From positions 416,001 through 480,000 of the forward strand of contig CAVVYR010000007.1 in the NCBI GenBank assembly GCA_963752475.1: DNA of 64,000 bases. Direction: 5' to 3'. The notes below the pieces were generated by a model, which ran no database searches, had not been told where the DNA came from, and saw only the letters and a list, made by a program, of their open reading frames with translations. Made by a program: the position numbers and the translations under genes. Numbering within the stretch: the stretch's first letter is position 1; each line of letters starts with the position of its first letter. Origin of the DNA: an uncultured Chloroflexia bacterium. Its GTDB lineage: Bacteria; Chloroflexota; Limnocylindria; Limnocylindrales; CSP1-4. This document shows positions 12,501 through 24,311 of the stretch, piece after piece.

Positions 12501-14682
12501 GACAGCCCCACCGGACCCTTCATCGCGGTGGGTGACCCGGTCAACTGGACCTATGAGGTCGAGAACACCGGCAACGTCGCGCTCACCAACGTGTCCGTCA
12601 CCGACGACCAGGGTGTGACGGTGACCTGCCCGCAGGACACGCTCGCCGCCGGCGAGTCGATGACCTGCACCGCCAACGGCACGGCCACGGCCGGCCAGTA
12701 CGACAACCTCGGCACCGCCACCGGCACCCCGCCGGCCGGCCCGCCCGTCGACGATGAGGATCCGAGCCACTACTTCGGCGCGGACGCCAGCATCGACATC
12801 GAGAAGGCCACCAACGGCGCCGACGCCGACAGCCCCACCGGACCCTTCATCGCGGTGGGCAGCACCGTCAACTGGACCTATGAGGTCGAGAACACCGGCA
12901 ACGTCGCGCTCACCAACGTGTCCGTCACCGACGACCAGGGTGTGACGGTGACCTGCCCGCAGGACACGCTCGCCGCCGGCGAGTCGATGACCTGCACCGC
13001 CAACGGCACGGCCACGGCCGGCCAGTACGACAACCTCGGCACCGCCACCGGCACCCCGCCGGCCGGCCCGCCCGTCGACGATGAGGATCCGAGCCACTAC
13101 TTCGGCGCGGACGCCAGCATCGACATCGAGAAGGCCACCAACGGCGCCGACGCCGACAGCCCCACCGGACCCTTCATCGCGGTGGGTGACCCGGTCAACT
13201 GGACCTATGAGGTCGAGAACACCGGCAACGTCGCGCTCACCAACGTGTCCGTCACCGACGACCAGGGTGTGACGGTGACCTGCCCGCAGGACACGCTCGC
13301 CGCCGGCGAGTCGATGACCTGCACCGCCAACGGCACGGCCACGGCCGGCCAGTACGACAACCTCGGCACCGCCACCGGCACCCCGCCGGCCGGCCCGCCC
13401 GTCGACGATGACGATCCGAGCCACTACTTCGGCGCGGACGCCAGCATCGACATCGAGAAGGCCACCAACGGCGCCGACGCCGACAGCCCCACCGGACCCT
13501 TCATCGCGGTGGGCAGCACCGTCAACTGGGCCTACATCGTCACCAACACCGGCAACGTCGCCCTGAGCGACGTGACCGTCACCGACGACGAGCTGGCCCC
13601 CACTGATATCGTGTGCGACGGCTCCGACGACAACGTCATCCCGTCCCTGTTGCCGGGCGCCAGTGCGAACTGCGCGGCCACCGGCACCGCCGTGGCCGGC
13701 CAGTACGACAACATCGGCACCGCCACCGGCACCCCGCCGGCCGGCGACCCGCCGACCGATGACCGATCCGAGCCACTACTTCGGTGCCGTGCCCGGCATC
13801 GACATCCAGAAGGCCACCAACGGCCAGGACGCCGACGCCCCGACCGGACCGGTCGTGGCCGTGGGTGATCCCATCACCTGGACCTACGTGGTCACCAACA
13901 CCGGCAACGTCGCCCTGAGCGACGTGACCGTCACCGACAACAAGCTTGCCGCCAGCGCCATCGCGTGCGACGGCAGTGGCACCAACGTCATCGCGTCCCT
14001 GGCGCCGAAGGCGTCCGTGACCTGCAAGGCCACGGGTACCGCCGTCGCGGGCCAGTACGCCAACACGGGCTCCGCCACCGGCACGCCGCCGGAGGGTGAG
14101 CCACCGGCGGACTCCGACCCGAGCCACTACTTCGGTGCCGCTCCCGGCATCGACATCGAGAAGTCCACCAATGGCTTCGACGCCGACAACCCGACGGGTC
14201 CGGGCGTGCAGGTCGGTGAGTCCATCACCTGGACCTATGAGGTCACCAACACCGGCAACGTCACGCTCACCGGCGTGACCGTCACCGACGACCAGGGTGT
14301 GGTGGTCTCCTGTCCGAAGAGCACGCTCGTCGCCGGCGAGTCGATGACCTGCACCGCGAGCGGTACGGCCACGGCCGGCCAGTACGTCAACACCGGCACC
14401 GCCACCGGCACCCCGCCGGTCGGCGTGGCCCCGAGCGACAGCGACAAGAGCCACTACTTCGGCATCGAGGTCGAGGTCGAGTCCACCCCGCTCCCGACCG
14501 AGTCCCTGAAGCCCACGGACATGCTGTTCACGACCGACACCATCGGTCCGGCCGATGACGGCGATCCCATGGGTGCCCTGTTCAACTGGGCCCTCTGGCT
14601 CGCGCTCAGTGCGCTGCTCATCGTGGGCACCGCCGCGATCATCCGCCGCGAGCGCTACGCGGAGGTCAAGACCCGCCGCTAG
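6583..14682 (+). CDS. Giant surface protein copy 1 (frameshifted as assembled): signal, basic N-module, Glu/Pro/Ala linker, THxN/choice-of-anchor-like domain, 15 DUF11-like Ig repeats, C-terminal TM anchor
   Basis: Joins ORFs 6583-7563, 8626-9921, 9831-13868 and 13663-14682; colinear with copy 2; indels near 7205-7870, 9736 and 13764. Confidence 0.8.
9436..14460 (+). repeat. Intragenic array of 327-bp (A) and 354-bp (B) units: AAABBAABAAAA plus 3 divergent terminal units
   Basis: Unit starts GCCAGCATCGACATCGAGAAG at 9436, 9762, 10089, 10416, 10770, 11124, 11451, 11778, 12132, 12459, 12786, 13113, 13440. Confidence 0.95.
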
Positions 14683-14713
14683 CACCCACGGTCGATCCCA
14701 GACCGCATCCACC

Positions 14714-14749
14714 ACGAAGGCCGGGCTCGGAGAGGGGCCCGGCCTTCGT
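14714..14749 (+). terminator. Hairpin terminator after copy 1
   Basis: ACGAAGGCCGGGC...GCCCGGCCTTCGT. Confidence 0.75.
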
Positions 14750-15071
14750 CTCTGTCCGGCCCGGGGTCGGAGGAGGGAGCTACGGGCGGCGGACAGTCGC
14801 CGTCTGCGGTGCATGCCGGGCTGTGAAGAACGGTGAGGTCGCGCCTCGCCACGACGTTGTGGAACGGTGCTAGTGCGCACCGCATATGGCCGATTGGTAC
14901 TAGGACCGCTTGCCAAAGGTCATGGCGAGAGTGAGACTTAGCCTTCGCGGCTCAGGCCGTGGATGGCCGGATTCATCCCGGCGTACTTATTCACTCCGAG
15001 CGGAGTAGGTATCTATCGGCGAACGGGACCCAGAGGCGAAATCGTGGGTCCGAACCGAAGGAGAGGCATCG

Positions 15072-18000
15072 ATGTACTCGACCAAGCGTCGTGGCAAGGG
15101 CACCGCGTTCCTTGCCGTCCTGCAGTCACTACTACTACTGACCGCGCTGGTGCTGGTGCCAGCATCAGCCATCGCCCAGGACGGCCACCACTCCCAGGTC
15201 GACCTGGCCGAGGACATCGTCAAGGCCAACGCCGATCACCCCAAGGGCAGCCTCGGGGACCGCGGATTCAAGCTCCGCCTGTTCCCCCAGCAGCCCAAGG
15301 TCGCGGTCGGCGGCAAGGTCGTCGTGTCCGCCTGGGTCTGCCCCGGCTGGGACAAGACCCCCTTCGGCGGCCCCAAGGGTGACGGCAAGCCCGGTGGCGA
15401 TGACACCTGCAAGCCGATCAAGGCCGAGTGGTCCGTCGAGGGCCCTGCCACGCTCGCCAACCACAAGGCCCTCAAGACCCGCCTCGTGCTCAATGCCGAC
15501 GGTGCCGTCCGCCTCACGGCCGAAGTCGATGACCTCAAGCAGTCCACGAAGATCACCGTCAAGGGGACGGCCGCCAAGAACCGCGGCTCCGATGCCGCCG
15601 CGATCGTGAAGAAGGCCGCCCAGAAGGAGGCCAAGGCCGCCAAGGTCAAGGCCCAGAAGGCCGCCGCCAGGCAGGCCGCCGCCAGGCAGGCCGCTGCCGC
15701 CGAGCAGGCCGCTGCTGAGCAGGCCGCTGCTGCCCAGGCCGCTGCTGCTGCTGCCAAGCCGGCCGCCCCCGCCGCCGAGCCCGCGCAGGTCGCCTCTCCT
15801 GCTGCCGAGCCCGCCGTCGAAGCACCCATCAACGAAGAGCCCGCCGCCGAGGAGCCCGCCCAGGCCCCGGTGGAGGACTCCGTCCCGGCCGAGGAGCCTG
15901 CTGAAGCGCCGGCCGCCGAAGAGCCCAAGAGCGAAGAGCCTGCGGCCGACGAGCCCAAGGCCGACGAGCCCAAGGCCGAAGAGCCTGCGGCCGAGGAGCC
16001 CAAGGCCGACGAGCCCAAGGCCGAAGAGCCTGCGGCCGAGGAGCCCGCAGAGGCCCCGGTGGAGGAATCTGTCCCTGAGGCTCCCGCCGAAGAGCCCAAG
16101 AACGAGCAGCCCGCCGCCGAGGAGGAGCAGCCCGCCGCCGAGGAGGAGCAGCCCGCCGCCGAGGAGAGCAGGGCCGCCGAGCAGCCCGCCGCCGAGGAGG
16201 AGCAGCCCGCCGCCGAGGAGGAGCAGCCCGCCGCCGAGGAGGAGCAGCCCGCCGCCGAGGAGGAGCAGCCCGCCGCCGAGGAGGAGCAGCCCGCCGCCGA
16301 GGAGGAGCAGCCCGCCGCCGAGGAGGAGCAGCCCGCCGCCGAGGAGGAGCAGCCCGCCGCCGAGGAGGAGCAGCCCGCCGCCGAGGAGGAGCAGCCCGCC
16401 GCCGAGGAGGAGCAGCCCGCCGCCGAGGAGGAGCAGCCCGCCGCCGAGGAGGAGCAGCCCGCCGCCGAGGAGGAGCAGCCCGCCGCCGAAGAGCCTGCCG
16501 CCGAGGAGCCTGCTGCCGAGGAGCCCATCGAGGCCCCGGCTGAAGAGCCCGCTGCCGAGGCCCCGGCCGCTGAAGAGCCCGCCGCCAAGGAGCCCAAGGC
16601 TCAGGCTGCAGCTCAGGCCGTCACCGTCCAGGCTGATCCCCTGCAGATCGGAACGGCTGGCCTCACCAGCCTCGCCATCGACGCCAAGCTCGCGAACCAC
16701 ACGAGCGCAGAGAACAACGGCGGAAGCAACGCCGAGAACTGCATCCGCTATACCCCGATCCCGAACGCGGCCCCCAACCAGACCGAGACGACCTGGGTCG
16801 ATGCCAACAGCAACCCCGACACCGCCTGGACCGCCCACGGTCGGTACACGGTCCCGAACCAGCAGGGATCGGTCTGCCCACCGGACCCGTCCATCAATCT
16901 GGACGAGCAAAGCTCCATCGGTTTCACGCCCGCTGCCTATGCGCCCAACGATGTCCCCACGGGTAGCCCCTTCCTGCTCGGTAGGTTCACGCATGACAAC
17001 AACGTCATCACCGGTGTTGACAGCCTTTACACGGGTGACCTGAAGATTCGCCTCACCGCCGACAACACGAGCACCCTCACCTACAACTGGGGCTTCAACG
17101 AGACAAACAACTACCCCAACAGTGGCGTCTGCGAGTTCGGCAACGAGCCGTGCGCGGACAAGACCTGGTTCAACAACACCATCGACGACACGACCATCAC
17201 TAGTGGTGGTATCCCGTACCAGTTGGTGATCATCGGCTTCAGGAGCGACGTTGATGGCAGCTGCCCCGGGACGCCGTCCGGCACTCCCACCGACAACTGG
17301 TGGACCGCCGAGGACACGACCAGCTACGGCTGCCTGTACGCCGAGCTGACAGAGAAGCGCGCCCTCAAGATCGTCAAGGAGGTCCTCGGCGCTCCGGCGC
17401 CCAACAAGGGCTTCCCCTTCACCTCCAGCAGTTCCTTCGGCACCGACAGCCCGTGGGACAGCAGCAACGGTGGCAAGACGCTCAAGGACGACGGAGTCAA
17501 CGACTCCTGGGGTCCGAAGACGTTCCTCTCGACCGAAGAGGACGTGACGATCACCGAGAGCATCCCGAATGGCTGGATCCTCAAGGACGTCGTCTGCTCG
17601 GACAAGTACACGACCTACACCCAGGGCACCCACTACACCCTGAATAAGGGTACGGGCAAGCTCGTCCTGAACAACATCCCCGAGTCCAACAAGGCAGACG
17701 CGCTGATGGTGACGTGTACCTTCAAGAACGAGCGCGATAGTGGCACCATCATCGTCAAGAAGAAGGCCGTCCCGGACGACGGTACGCCCTTCACGTTCGA
17801 TCCGTCATGGAACAGCGAGCCGAACTTCAACCTGTTCCACAACGACAGCAAGACCTTCACCGACCTGCCCGCTGGCGTGGAGTACTCGGTCTCCGAGATC
17901 AACATCCCCACCCACTGGGTCCTGACCAAGGTGGAGTGCAAGCAGGGCGAGCAGGTCCTGGCCGACGAGAACGGCGAGGCCTTCGAGCTGAAGCCCGGCG

Positions 18001-21000
18001 AGACCGTCACCTGCACCTTCACCAACAAGAAGGCCAGCATCGACATCGAGAAGGCCACCAACGGCGCCGACGCCGACAGCCCCACCGGACCCTTCATCGC
18101 GGTGGGCAACCCGGTCAACTGGACCTATGAGGTCGAGAACACCGGCAACGTCGCGCTCACCAACGTGTCCGTCACCGACGACCAGGGTGTGACGGTGACC
18201 TGCCCGCAGGACACGCTCGCCGCCGGCGAGTCGATGACCTGCACCGCCAACGGCACGGCCACGGCCGGCCAGTACGACAACCTCGGCACCGCCACCGGCA
18301 CCCCGCCGGCCGGCCCGCCCGTCGACGATGAGGACCCGAGCCACTACTTCGGCGCGGACGCCAGCATCGACATCGAGAAGGCCACCAACGGCGCCGACGC
18401 CGACAGCCCCACCGGACCCTTCATCGCGGTGGGTGACCCGGTCAACTGGACCTATGAGGTCGAGAACACCGGCAACGTCGCGCTCACCAACGTGTCCGTC
18501 ACCGACGACCAGGGTGTGACGGTGACCTGCCCGCAGGACACGCTCGCCGCCGGCGAGTCGATGACCTGCACCGCCAACGGCACGGCCACGGCCGGCCAGT
18601 ACGACAACCTCGGCACCGCCACCGGCACCCCGCCGGCCGGCCCGCCCGTCGACGATGAGGATCCGAGCCACTACTTCGGCGCGGACGCCAGCATCGACAT
18701 CGAGAAGGCCACCAACGGCGCCGACGCCGACAGCCCCACCGGACCCTTCATCGCGGTGGGTGACCCGGTCAACTGGACCTATGAGGTCGAGAACACCGGC
18801 AACGTCGCGCTCACCAACGTGTCCGTCACCGACGACCAGGGTGTGACGGTGACCTGCCCGCAGGACACGCTCGCCGCCGGCGAGTCGATGACCTGCACCG
18901 CCAACGGCACGGCCACGGCCGGCCAGTACGACAACCTCGGCACCGCCACCGGCACCCCGCCGGCCGGCCCGCCCGTCGACGATGAGGATCCGAGCCACTA
19001 CTTCGGCGCGGACGCCAGCATCGACATCGAGAAGGCCACCAACGGCGCCGACGCCGACAGCCCCACCGGACCCTTCATCGCGGTGGGTGACCCGGTCAAC
19101 TGGACCTATGAGGTCGAGAACACCGGCAACGTCGCGCTCACCAACGTGTCCGTCACCGACGACCAGGGTGTGACGGTGACCTGCCCGCAGGACACGCTCG
19201 CCGCCGGCGAGTCGATGACCTGCACCGCCAACGGCACGGCCACGGCCGGCCAGTACGACAACCTCGGCACCGCCACCGGCACCCCGCCGGCCGGCCCGCC
19301 CGTCGACGATGAGGATCCGAGCCACTACTTCGGCGCGGACGCCAGCATCGACATCGAGAAGGCCACCAACGGCGCCGACGCCGACAGCCCCACCGGACCC
19401 TTCATCGCGGTGGGTGACCCGGTCAACTGGACCTATGAGGTCGAGAACACCGGCAACGTCGCGCTCACCAACGTGTCCGTCACCGACGACCAGGGTGTGA
19501 CGGTGACCTGCCCGCAGGACACGCTCGCCGCCGGCGAGTCGATGACCTGCACCGCCAACGGCACGGCCACGGCCGGCCAGTACGACAACCTCGGCACCGC
19601 CACCGGCACCCCGCCGGCCGGCCCGCCCGTCGACGATGAGGATCCGAGCCACTACTTCGGCGCGGACGCCAGCATCGACATCGAGAAGGCCACCAACGGC
19701 GCCGACGCCGACAGCCCCACCGGACCCTTCATCGCGGTGGGTGACCCGGTCAACTGGACCTATGAGGTCGAGAACACCGGCAACGTCGCGCTCACCAACG
19801 TGTCCGTCACCGACGACCAGGGTGTGACGGTGACCTGCCCGCAGGACACGCTCGCCGCCGGCGAGTCGATGACCTGCACCGCCAACGGCACGGCCACGGC
19901 CGGCCAGTACGACAACCTCGGCACCGCCACCGGCACCCCGCCGGCCGGCCCGCCCGTCGACGATGAGGATCCGAGCCACTACTTCGGCGCGGACGCCAGC
20001 ATCGACATCGAGAAGTCCACCAACGGCAGTGACGCCGACACGCCCGACCGGACCCTTCATCGCCGTCGGCAGCACCGTCAACTGGGCCTACATCGTCACC
20101 AACACCGGCAACGTCGTCCTGAACGACGTGACCGTCACCGACGACAAGCTCGCCGACAGCGCCATCGACTGCGGCGACGGCACCAACGTCATCGCGTCCC
20201 TGCTGCCGGGCGCCAGTGCGAACTGCACGGCCACCGGCACCGCCGAGGCCGGCCAGTACGCCAACACCGGCTCCGTCATCGGCACCCCGCCCGGCGAGGG
20301 CGAGCCGCCGACCGACACCGATCCGAGCCACTACTTCGGTGCCGTGCCCGGCATCGACATCGAGAAGGCCACCAACGGCCAGGACGCCGACGCCCCGACC
20401 GGACCGGTCGTGGCCGTGGGTGATCCCATCACCTGGACCTACGTGGTCACCAACACCGGCAACGTCGCCCTGAGCGACGTGACCGTCACCGACAACAAGC
20501 TCGCCGCCAGCGCCATCGTGTGCGACGGCAGTGGCACCAACGTCATCGCGTCCCTGGCGCCGAACGCGTCCGTGACCTGCACGGCCACGGGCACCGCCGT
20601 CGCGGGCCAGTACGCCAACACGGGCTCGGCCACCGGCACGCCGCCCGAGGGCGAGCCAGCCGGCGGACTCCGACCCGAGCCACTACTTCGGTGCCGCTCC
20701 CGGCATCGACATCGAGAAGCTCACCAACGGCTTCGACGCCGACAACCCGACCGGTCCGGGCGTGCAGGTCGGTGAGCCCATCACCTGGACCTATGAGGTC
20801 ACCAACACCGGCAACGTCACGCTCACCGGCGTGACCGTCACCGACGACCAGGGTGTGGTGGTCTCCTGTCCGAAGAGCACGCTCGTCGCCGGCGAATCGA
20901 TGACCTGTACCGCGAGCGGTACGGCCACGGCCGGCCAGTACGTCAACACCGGCACCGCCACCGGCACCCCGCCGGTCGGCGTGGCCCCGAGCGACAGCGA

Positions 21001-21238
21001 CAAGAGCCACTACTTCGGCATCGAGGTCGAGGTCGAGTCCACCCCGCTCCCGACCGAGTCCCTGAAGCCCACGGACATGCTGTTCACGACCGACACCATC
21101 GGTCCGGCCGATGACGGCGATCCCATGGGTGCCCTGTTCAACTGGGCCCTCTGGCTCGCGCTCAGCGCGCTGCTCATCGTGGGCACCGCCGCGATCATCC
21201 GCCGCGAGCGCTACGCGGAGGTCAAGACCCGCCGCTAG
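15072..21238 (+). CDS. Giant surface protein copy 2 with 9 DUF11-like repeats and C-terminal sorting/TM anchor (indels near 20045 and 20660)
   Basis: 1783-aa ORF plus 19963-20775 and 20762-21238; ends LKPTD...WALWLALSALLIVGTAAIIRRERYAEVKTRR. Confidence 0.85.
16102..16490 (+). repeat. 21-bp tandem repeat encoding EEEQPAA
   Basis: GAGGAGGAGCAGCCCGCCGCC repeated about 14 times perfectly, plus a few flanking units. Confidence 0.95.
18033..21015 (+). repeat. Intragenic array: six 327-bp A units plus 3 divergent units
   Basis: Unit starts at 18033, 18360, 18687, 19014, 19341, 19668, 19995. Confidence 0.95.
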
Positions 21239-21269
21239 CACCCACGGTCGATCCCAGACCGCATCCACC

Positions 21270-21305
21270 ACGAAGGCCGGGCTCGGAGAGGGGCCCGGCC
21301 TTCGT
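21270..21305. terminator. Probable bidirectional hairpin terminator between surface protein and sortase-like gene
   Basis: Same hairpin as 14714-14749, lying between convergent genes. Confidence 0.75.
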
Positions 21306-21338
21306 CTCTGTCCGGCGCCTGGCGGTCGGGGGAGGGAG

Positions 21339-22207
21339 CTACGGGCGGCGGACGATGTAGACGGCTACGACGGTGGCGCCGAGAAGGATCGCGCCACTGC
21401 CGAGTACCAGCGCCATGGCGTCGAGCTCCTCTTGGGGCTCGGTCACCGGCGCGGCCGTCGCCGCTGCCTGCCGGTTCGCGTTGTTGCTCGCGTTCCTGTT
21501 CTTGTTGCCCTTGGCCTTCGCTGTCGGTGCCGGGGGCGGCTGCCAGCAGGCACGTGGCTTGGGCCTCCGGCCGTGGCTCGTCGGTCCACGCAGCATCGAT
21601 GAGCCGGCCCGCGACCATCAGGCGTGGCGAGGCGCCGGTCGTGCCGGTGCTCGTCTGGAGCACGACCCGTTGCTGGCGCTCATTCGGTCGGTCCGCGATG
21701 TCGTAGTCGAAGGCCACGTCGACCTCGGAGATGCGGTAGGTCAGGAGTCGGCCGTCGCGCAGCTGCAGCTTGATGAGCTTGCCCATCAGCTCGGTCCGCC
21801 CGGACGCGAAGTAGCTCTCGGTCAGGGGCAGGAGCATGCCCGGTTGGGCGTGACCGTAGAGCCAGGCCGTCCCGGGCTGCCCCGGCAGCACCAGCTCCTG
21901 CTCCCTGGAGGTCAGGTACTGGGCCACATCGCAGAGCGGATAGCCGGCGGGGTTGCCGGCGACCTTCCGCCCTTCCCACACGACCGGCAGGTCGATGTCG
22001 AAGTAGGGGACTCGTACGCGTACTGGCCGCGAGCCCTCGTCGAGAGGCACCGGCCGGGCCGTGGGAGTGGTGGGGTCTTCCTGGGCGGCCGCATCGGATC
22101 CCGGGAGTCCGAGCGTCAGCATGCACGGCAAGACCGAGCGTGGACACGACCGTGAGGATCCGCCGCGCGCTCGACGCTGTGGCTGCTGACCGAGGGAAGG
22201 TGAGCAT
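21339..22207 (-). CDS. Sortase-fold protein (LQTS instead of LxTC) with C-terminal TM; two apparent frameshifts
   Basis: VRVRVPYFDIDLPVV...PGQPGTAWLYGHA...LLTYRISEV...RVVLQTSTG...PRLMVAG matches sortase strand order; N-term in 22207 frame, C-term in 21339-21596 frame. Confidence 0.75.
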
Positions 22208-22420
22208 CGCCAGACGCTAGCACTCCATCGAGGTTCGCTCACCGGGCCGGCTGACGGTCAGATGCCGGTACTTCCGCCTTCTGGCTGCTCCGGTCTGTTC
22301 GCGTAGGGCAGTCTCGGTCGGCAGGCGGCCTCGCGCCGCCGCGTGGTGACAACTGTCAACGCTCGCTATACTCACCGCGGACCCGCGTCAAGTCGTCGTG
22401 GCGCAGCGGAGGGAGATCGC

Positions 22421-23500
22421 TTGCAGGACCCTGCCCAGCGGATGGATACGCGTCCGCGCGTGGCAGTCATCGAGGATGATGCCGCGGTCAGACGTGTCCT
22501 GAGCCGCATCCTTGATGACGCCGGCTATGCCGTCATCGCCGCCCCCGACGGTGAGCTCGGCCTGCGCGTGGTCAAGGAGCACCACCCGGACATGCTCATC
22601 CTCGACCTGACCTTGCCACGCATGGACGGCCTCGAGATCTGCCGCCGGCTGCGTGCCGACAGCCGCACCGTGGCGCTGCCCATCATCGTCCTTACCGCGC
22701 ACACTTCGACCAGCGACATGGTGGCCGCGCTCGATGCCGGCGCCGACGACTTCGTGACCAAGCCCTTCCAGCAGGTCGAGCTCCTGGCGCGCCTGCGCAG
22801 CTCGTTCCGCACGCGTGAGGTCATCCGCCGCATGGAGCAGGCGCACGACATCGTCGTGGCCCTGGCCAACGCGGTCGAAGCCAAGGACCTCGGGCTCAAG
22901 GATCACTGCCGCTACCTGGCCTACCGCTCCGCGCGCCTCGCCGCCTACGTCGGCCTGCGGGACGGCGAGCTGGAGGGCGTGGCCTACGGCGCGCTGCTCC
23001 ACGACATCGGCAAGATCGGCATCAGCGAGCACGTGTTGCACAAGCCCGGGCCGCTCACCGACGACGAGTTCCGCGTCATGCGCGAACACCCCGAGATCGG
23101 CGAGCGCATCTGCGATCCGTTGCGCATGTCGCGCGACTTCACACCCATCATCCGCCACCACCACGAGCGCTGGGACGGTACGGGCTACCCCGACGGCCTG
23201 AAGGGGGAGGCCATCCCGCTCGGAGCCCGTATCGTGGCCCTCGCCGATGCCTTCGACGCCATCGTCCGCGGCCGCCCGTACCGCGCCGCCCGCACGGTCG
23301 AGGAAGCGTTCGATGAGCTGCGCAAGCACTCGGGGGGCCAGTTCGACCCGGGCCTGGTTCCGCTCTTCATCGAAGAGACGGACCGTGATGGCGCCGGCAT
23401 CGCCCCCAGCGTGGAGTTGCCGCGCGTGGCCCTGTTGGCCCAGGAAGCGCCGATCGTGACGGGCGCGCCAAGTGGAGCCGCGCCCGCCCGCGTCGCCTGA
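22421..23500 (+). CDS. REC + HD-GYP response regulator (putative c-di-GMP phosphodiesterase, RpfG-like)
   Basis: Receiver EDD/LD/KPF; HDIGKIG; HHHERWDGTGYPDGL; start TTG 22421 or ATG 22442. Confidence 0.9.
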   Translation: MQDPAQRMDTRPRVAVIEDDAAVRRVLSRILDDAGYAVIAAPDGELGLRVVKEHHPDMLILDLTLPRMDGLEICRRLRADSRTVALPIIVLTAHTSTSDMVAALDAGADDFVTKPFQQVELLARLRSSFRTREVIRRMEQAHDIVVALANAVEAKDLGLKDHCRYLAYRSARLAAYVGLRDGELEGVAYGALLHDIGKIGISEHVLHKPGPLTDDEFRVMREHPEIGERICDPLRMSRDFTPIIRHHHERWDGTGYPDGLKGEAIPLGARIVALADAFDAIVRGRPYRAARTVEEAFDELRKHSGGQFDPGLVPLFIEETDRDGAGIAPSVELPRVALLAQEAPIVTGAPSGAAPARVA

Positions 23501-23525
23501 CCCGTCGCGCTCGGAAGCGAGCCGG

Positions 23526-24311
23526 ATGACCGACACCCAGCTTCCGCCAAGCCGCATCCGCTACCACGCGGTCCGGCTCGTGCTGAAGGCCGTGACCAGC
23601 GCCTACGTGCGCACCCGTGTGGTCGGCGCCGAGCGTATCCCCGAGTCGGGCCCGTACATCATCTGCTTCAACCACCCTTCGTGGCTGGACCCGGTCTTCT
23701 TCGCGGCCTACTGGCCCGACCCCGATCGCGACCTCTACATCTTCGGGCCGCGCGAACAGGACATGAGCACTGGCGTGCGCAATGCGCTCATCACCTGGAC
23801 CCGCCGCGGCGTGCCCTTCCAGCCCGAGGCCCAGGACGTCGTCGACACCACCCGTCGTGCGGTGGGGGTGCTCAGGACCGGCGCCTGCCTGGCCATCGCG
23901 GGGGAGGGGCGCTTGAGCGACCACGAAGGCCGCATCCTTCCGCTGGAGACGGGCCTCGCGCACTTCGCCAAGATGGCCACGGCCCCGATCCTGCCCGTTG
24001 CCGTCATCGGGACCCGCTGGATCTCGTTCGGCAGCCGGGTGACACTGCGCGTCGGAGAGGCCGTCTACCCCGATGACTACGCCGGCGGCAGGTCTGGCGC
24101 TCGCGACATGACCGACGAGGTCGAACGTCGTCTCGGGGCCCTGCTGGAGGGCGTCGAGGAGCGCGAACCGCCCGGCTGGCTGGGACGCACCATCTCAGAG
24201 GCTTTCAACGACCGACCCTGGCTGGACGAGGAGCCCGGACGGAGCGCTAGTCGGCGGCTACCTGCGCTTGTCGAGGACCACGATGGCGTCGAGCCAGACG
24301 GTCGTGCCTGA
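23526..24311 (+). CDS. Lysophospholipid acyltransferase (PlsC-like)
   Basis: NHPSWLD (HxxxxD) and AGEGR motifs; true stop may be the TAG at 24250 if an indel is present. Confidence 0.82.
   Translation: MTDTQLPPSRIRYHAVRLVLKAVTSAYVRTRVVGAERIPESGPYIICFNHPSWLDPVFFAAYWPDPDRDLYIFGPREQDMSTGVRNALITWTRRGVPFQPEAQDVVDTTRRAVGVLRTGACLAIAGEGRLSDHEGRILPLETGLAHFAKMATAPILPVAVIGTRWISFGSRVTLRVGEAVYPDDYAGGRSGARDMTDEVERRLGALLEGVEEREPPGWLGRTISEAFNDRPWLDEEPGRSASRRLPALVEDHDGVEPDGRA

Larger units (their letters stand above)
6388..14794 (+). repeat. Tandem duplication unit 1 (leader, surface-protein gene, terminator)
   Basis: Near-identical to 14879-21353 outside the repeat arrays. Confidence 0.9.
14879..21353 (+). 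repeat. Tandem duplication unit 2
   Basis: Near-identical to 6388-14794 outside the repeat arrays. Confidence 0.9.

Noticed and set aside
9528-13424. 1298-aa minus-strand ORF (also 15165-17633 and 17805-20081)
   Set aside because: Antisense shadows of the repetitive high-GC adhesin genes
9436-21015. Diversity-generating retroelement or recombinase-driven shufflon
   Set aside because: No reverse transcriptase or site-specific recombinase in the window, and repeat differences are not adenine-specific
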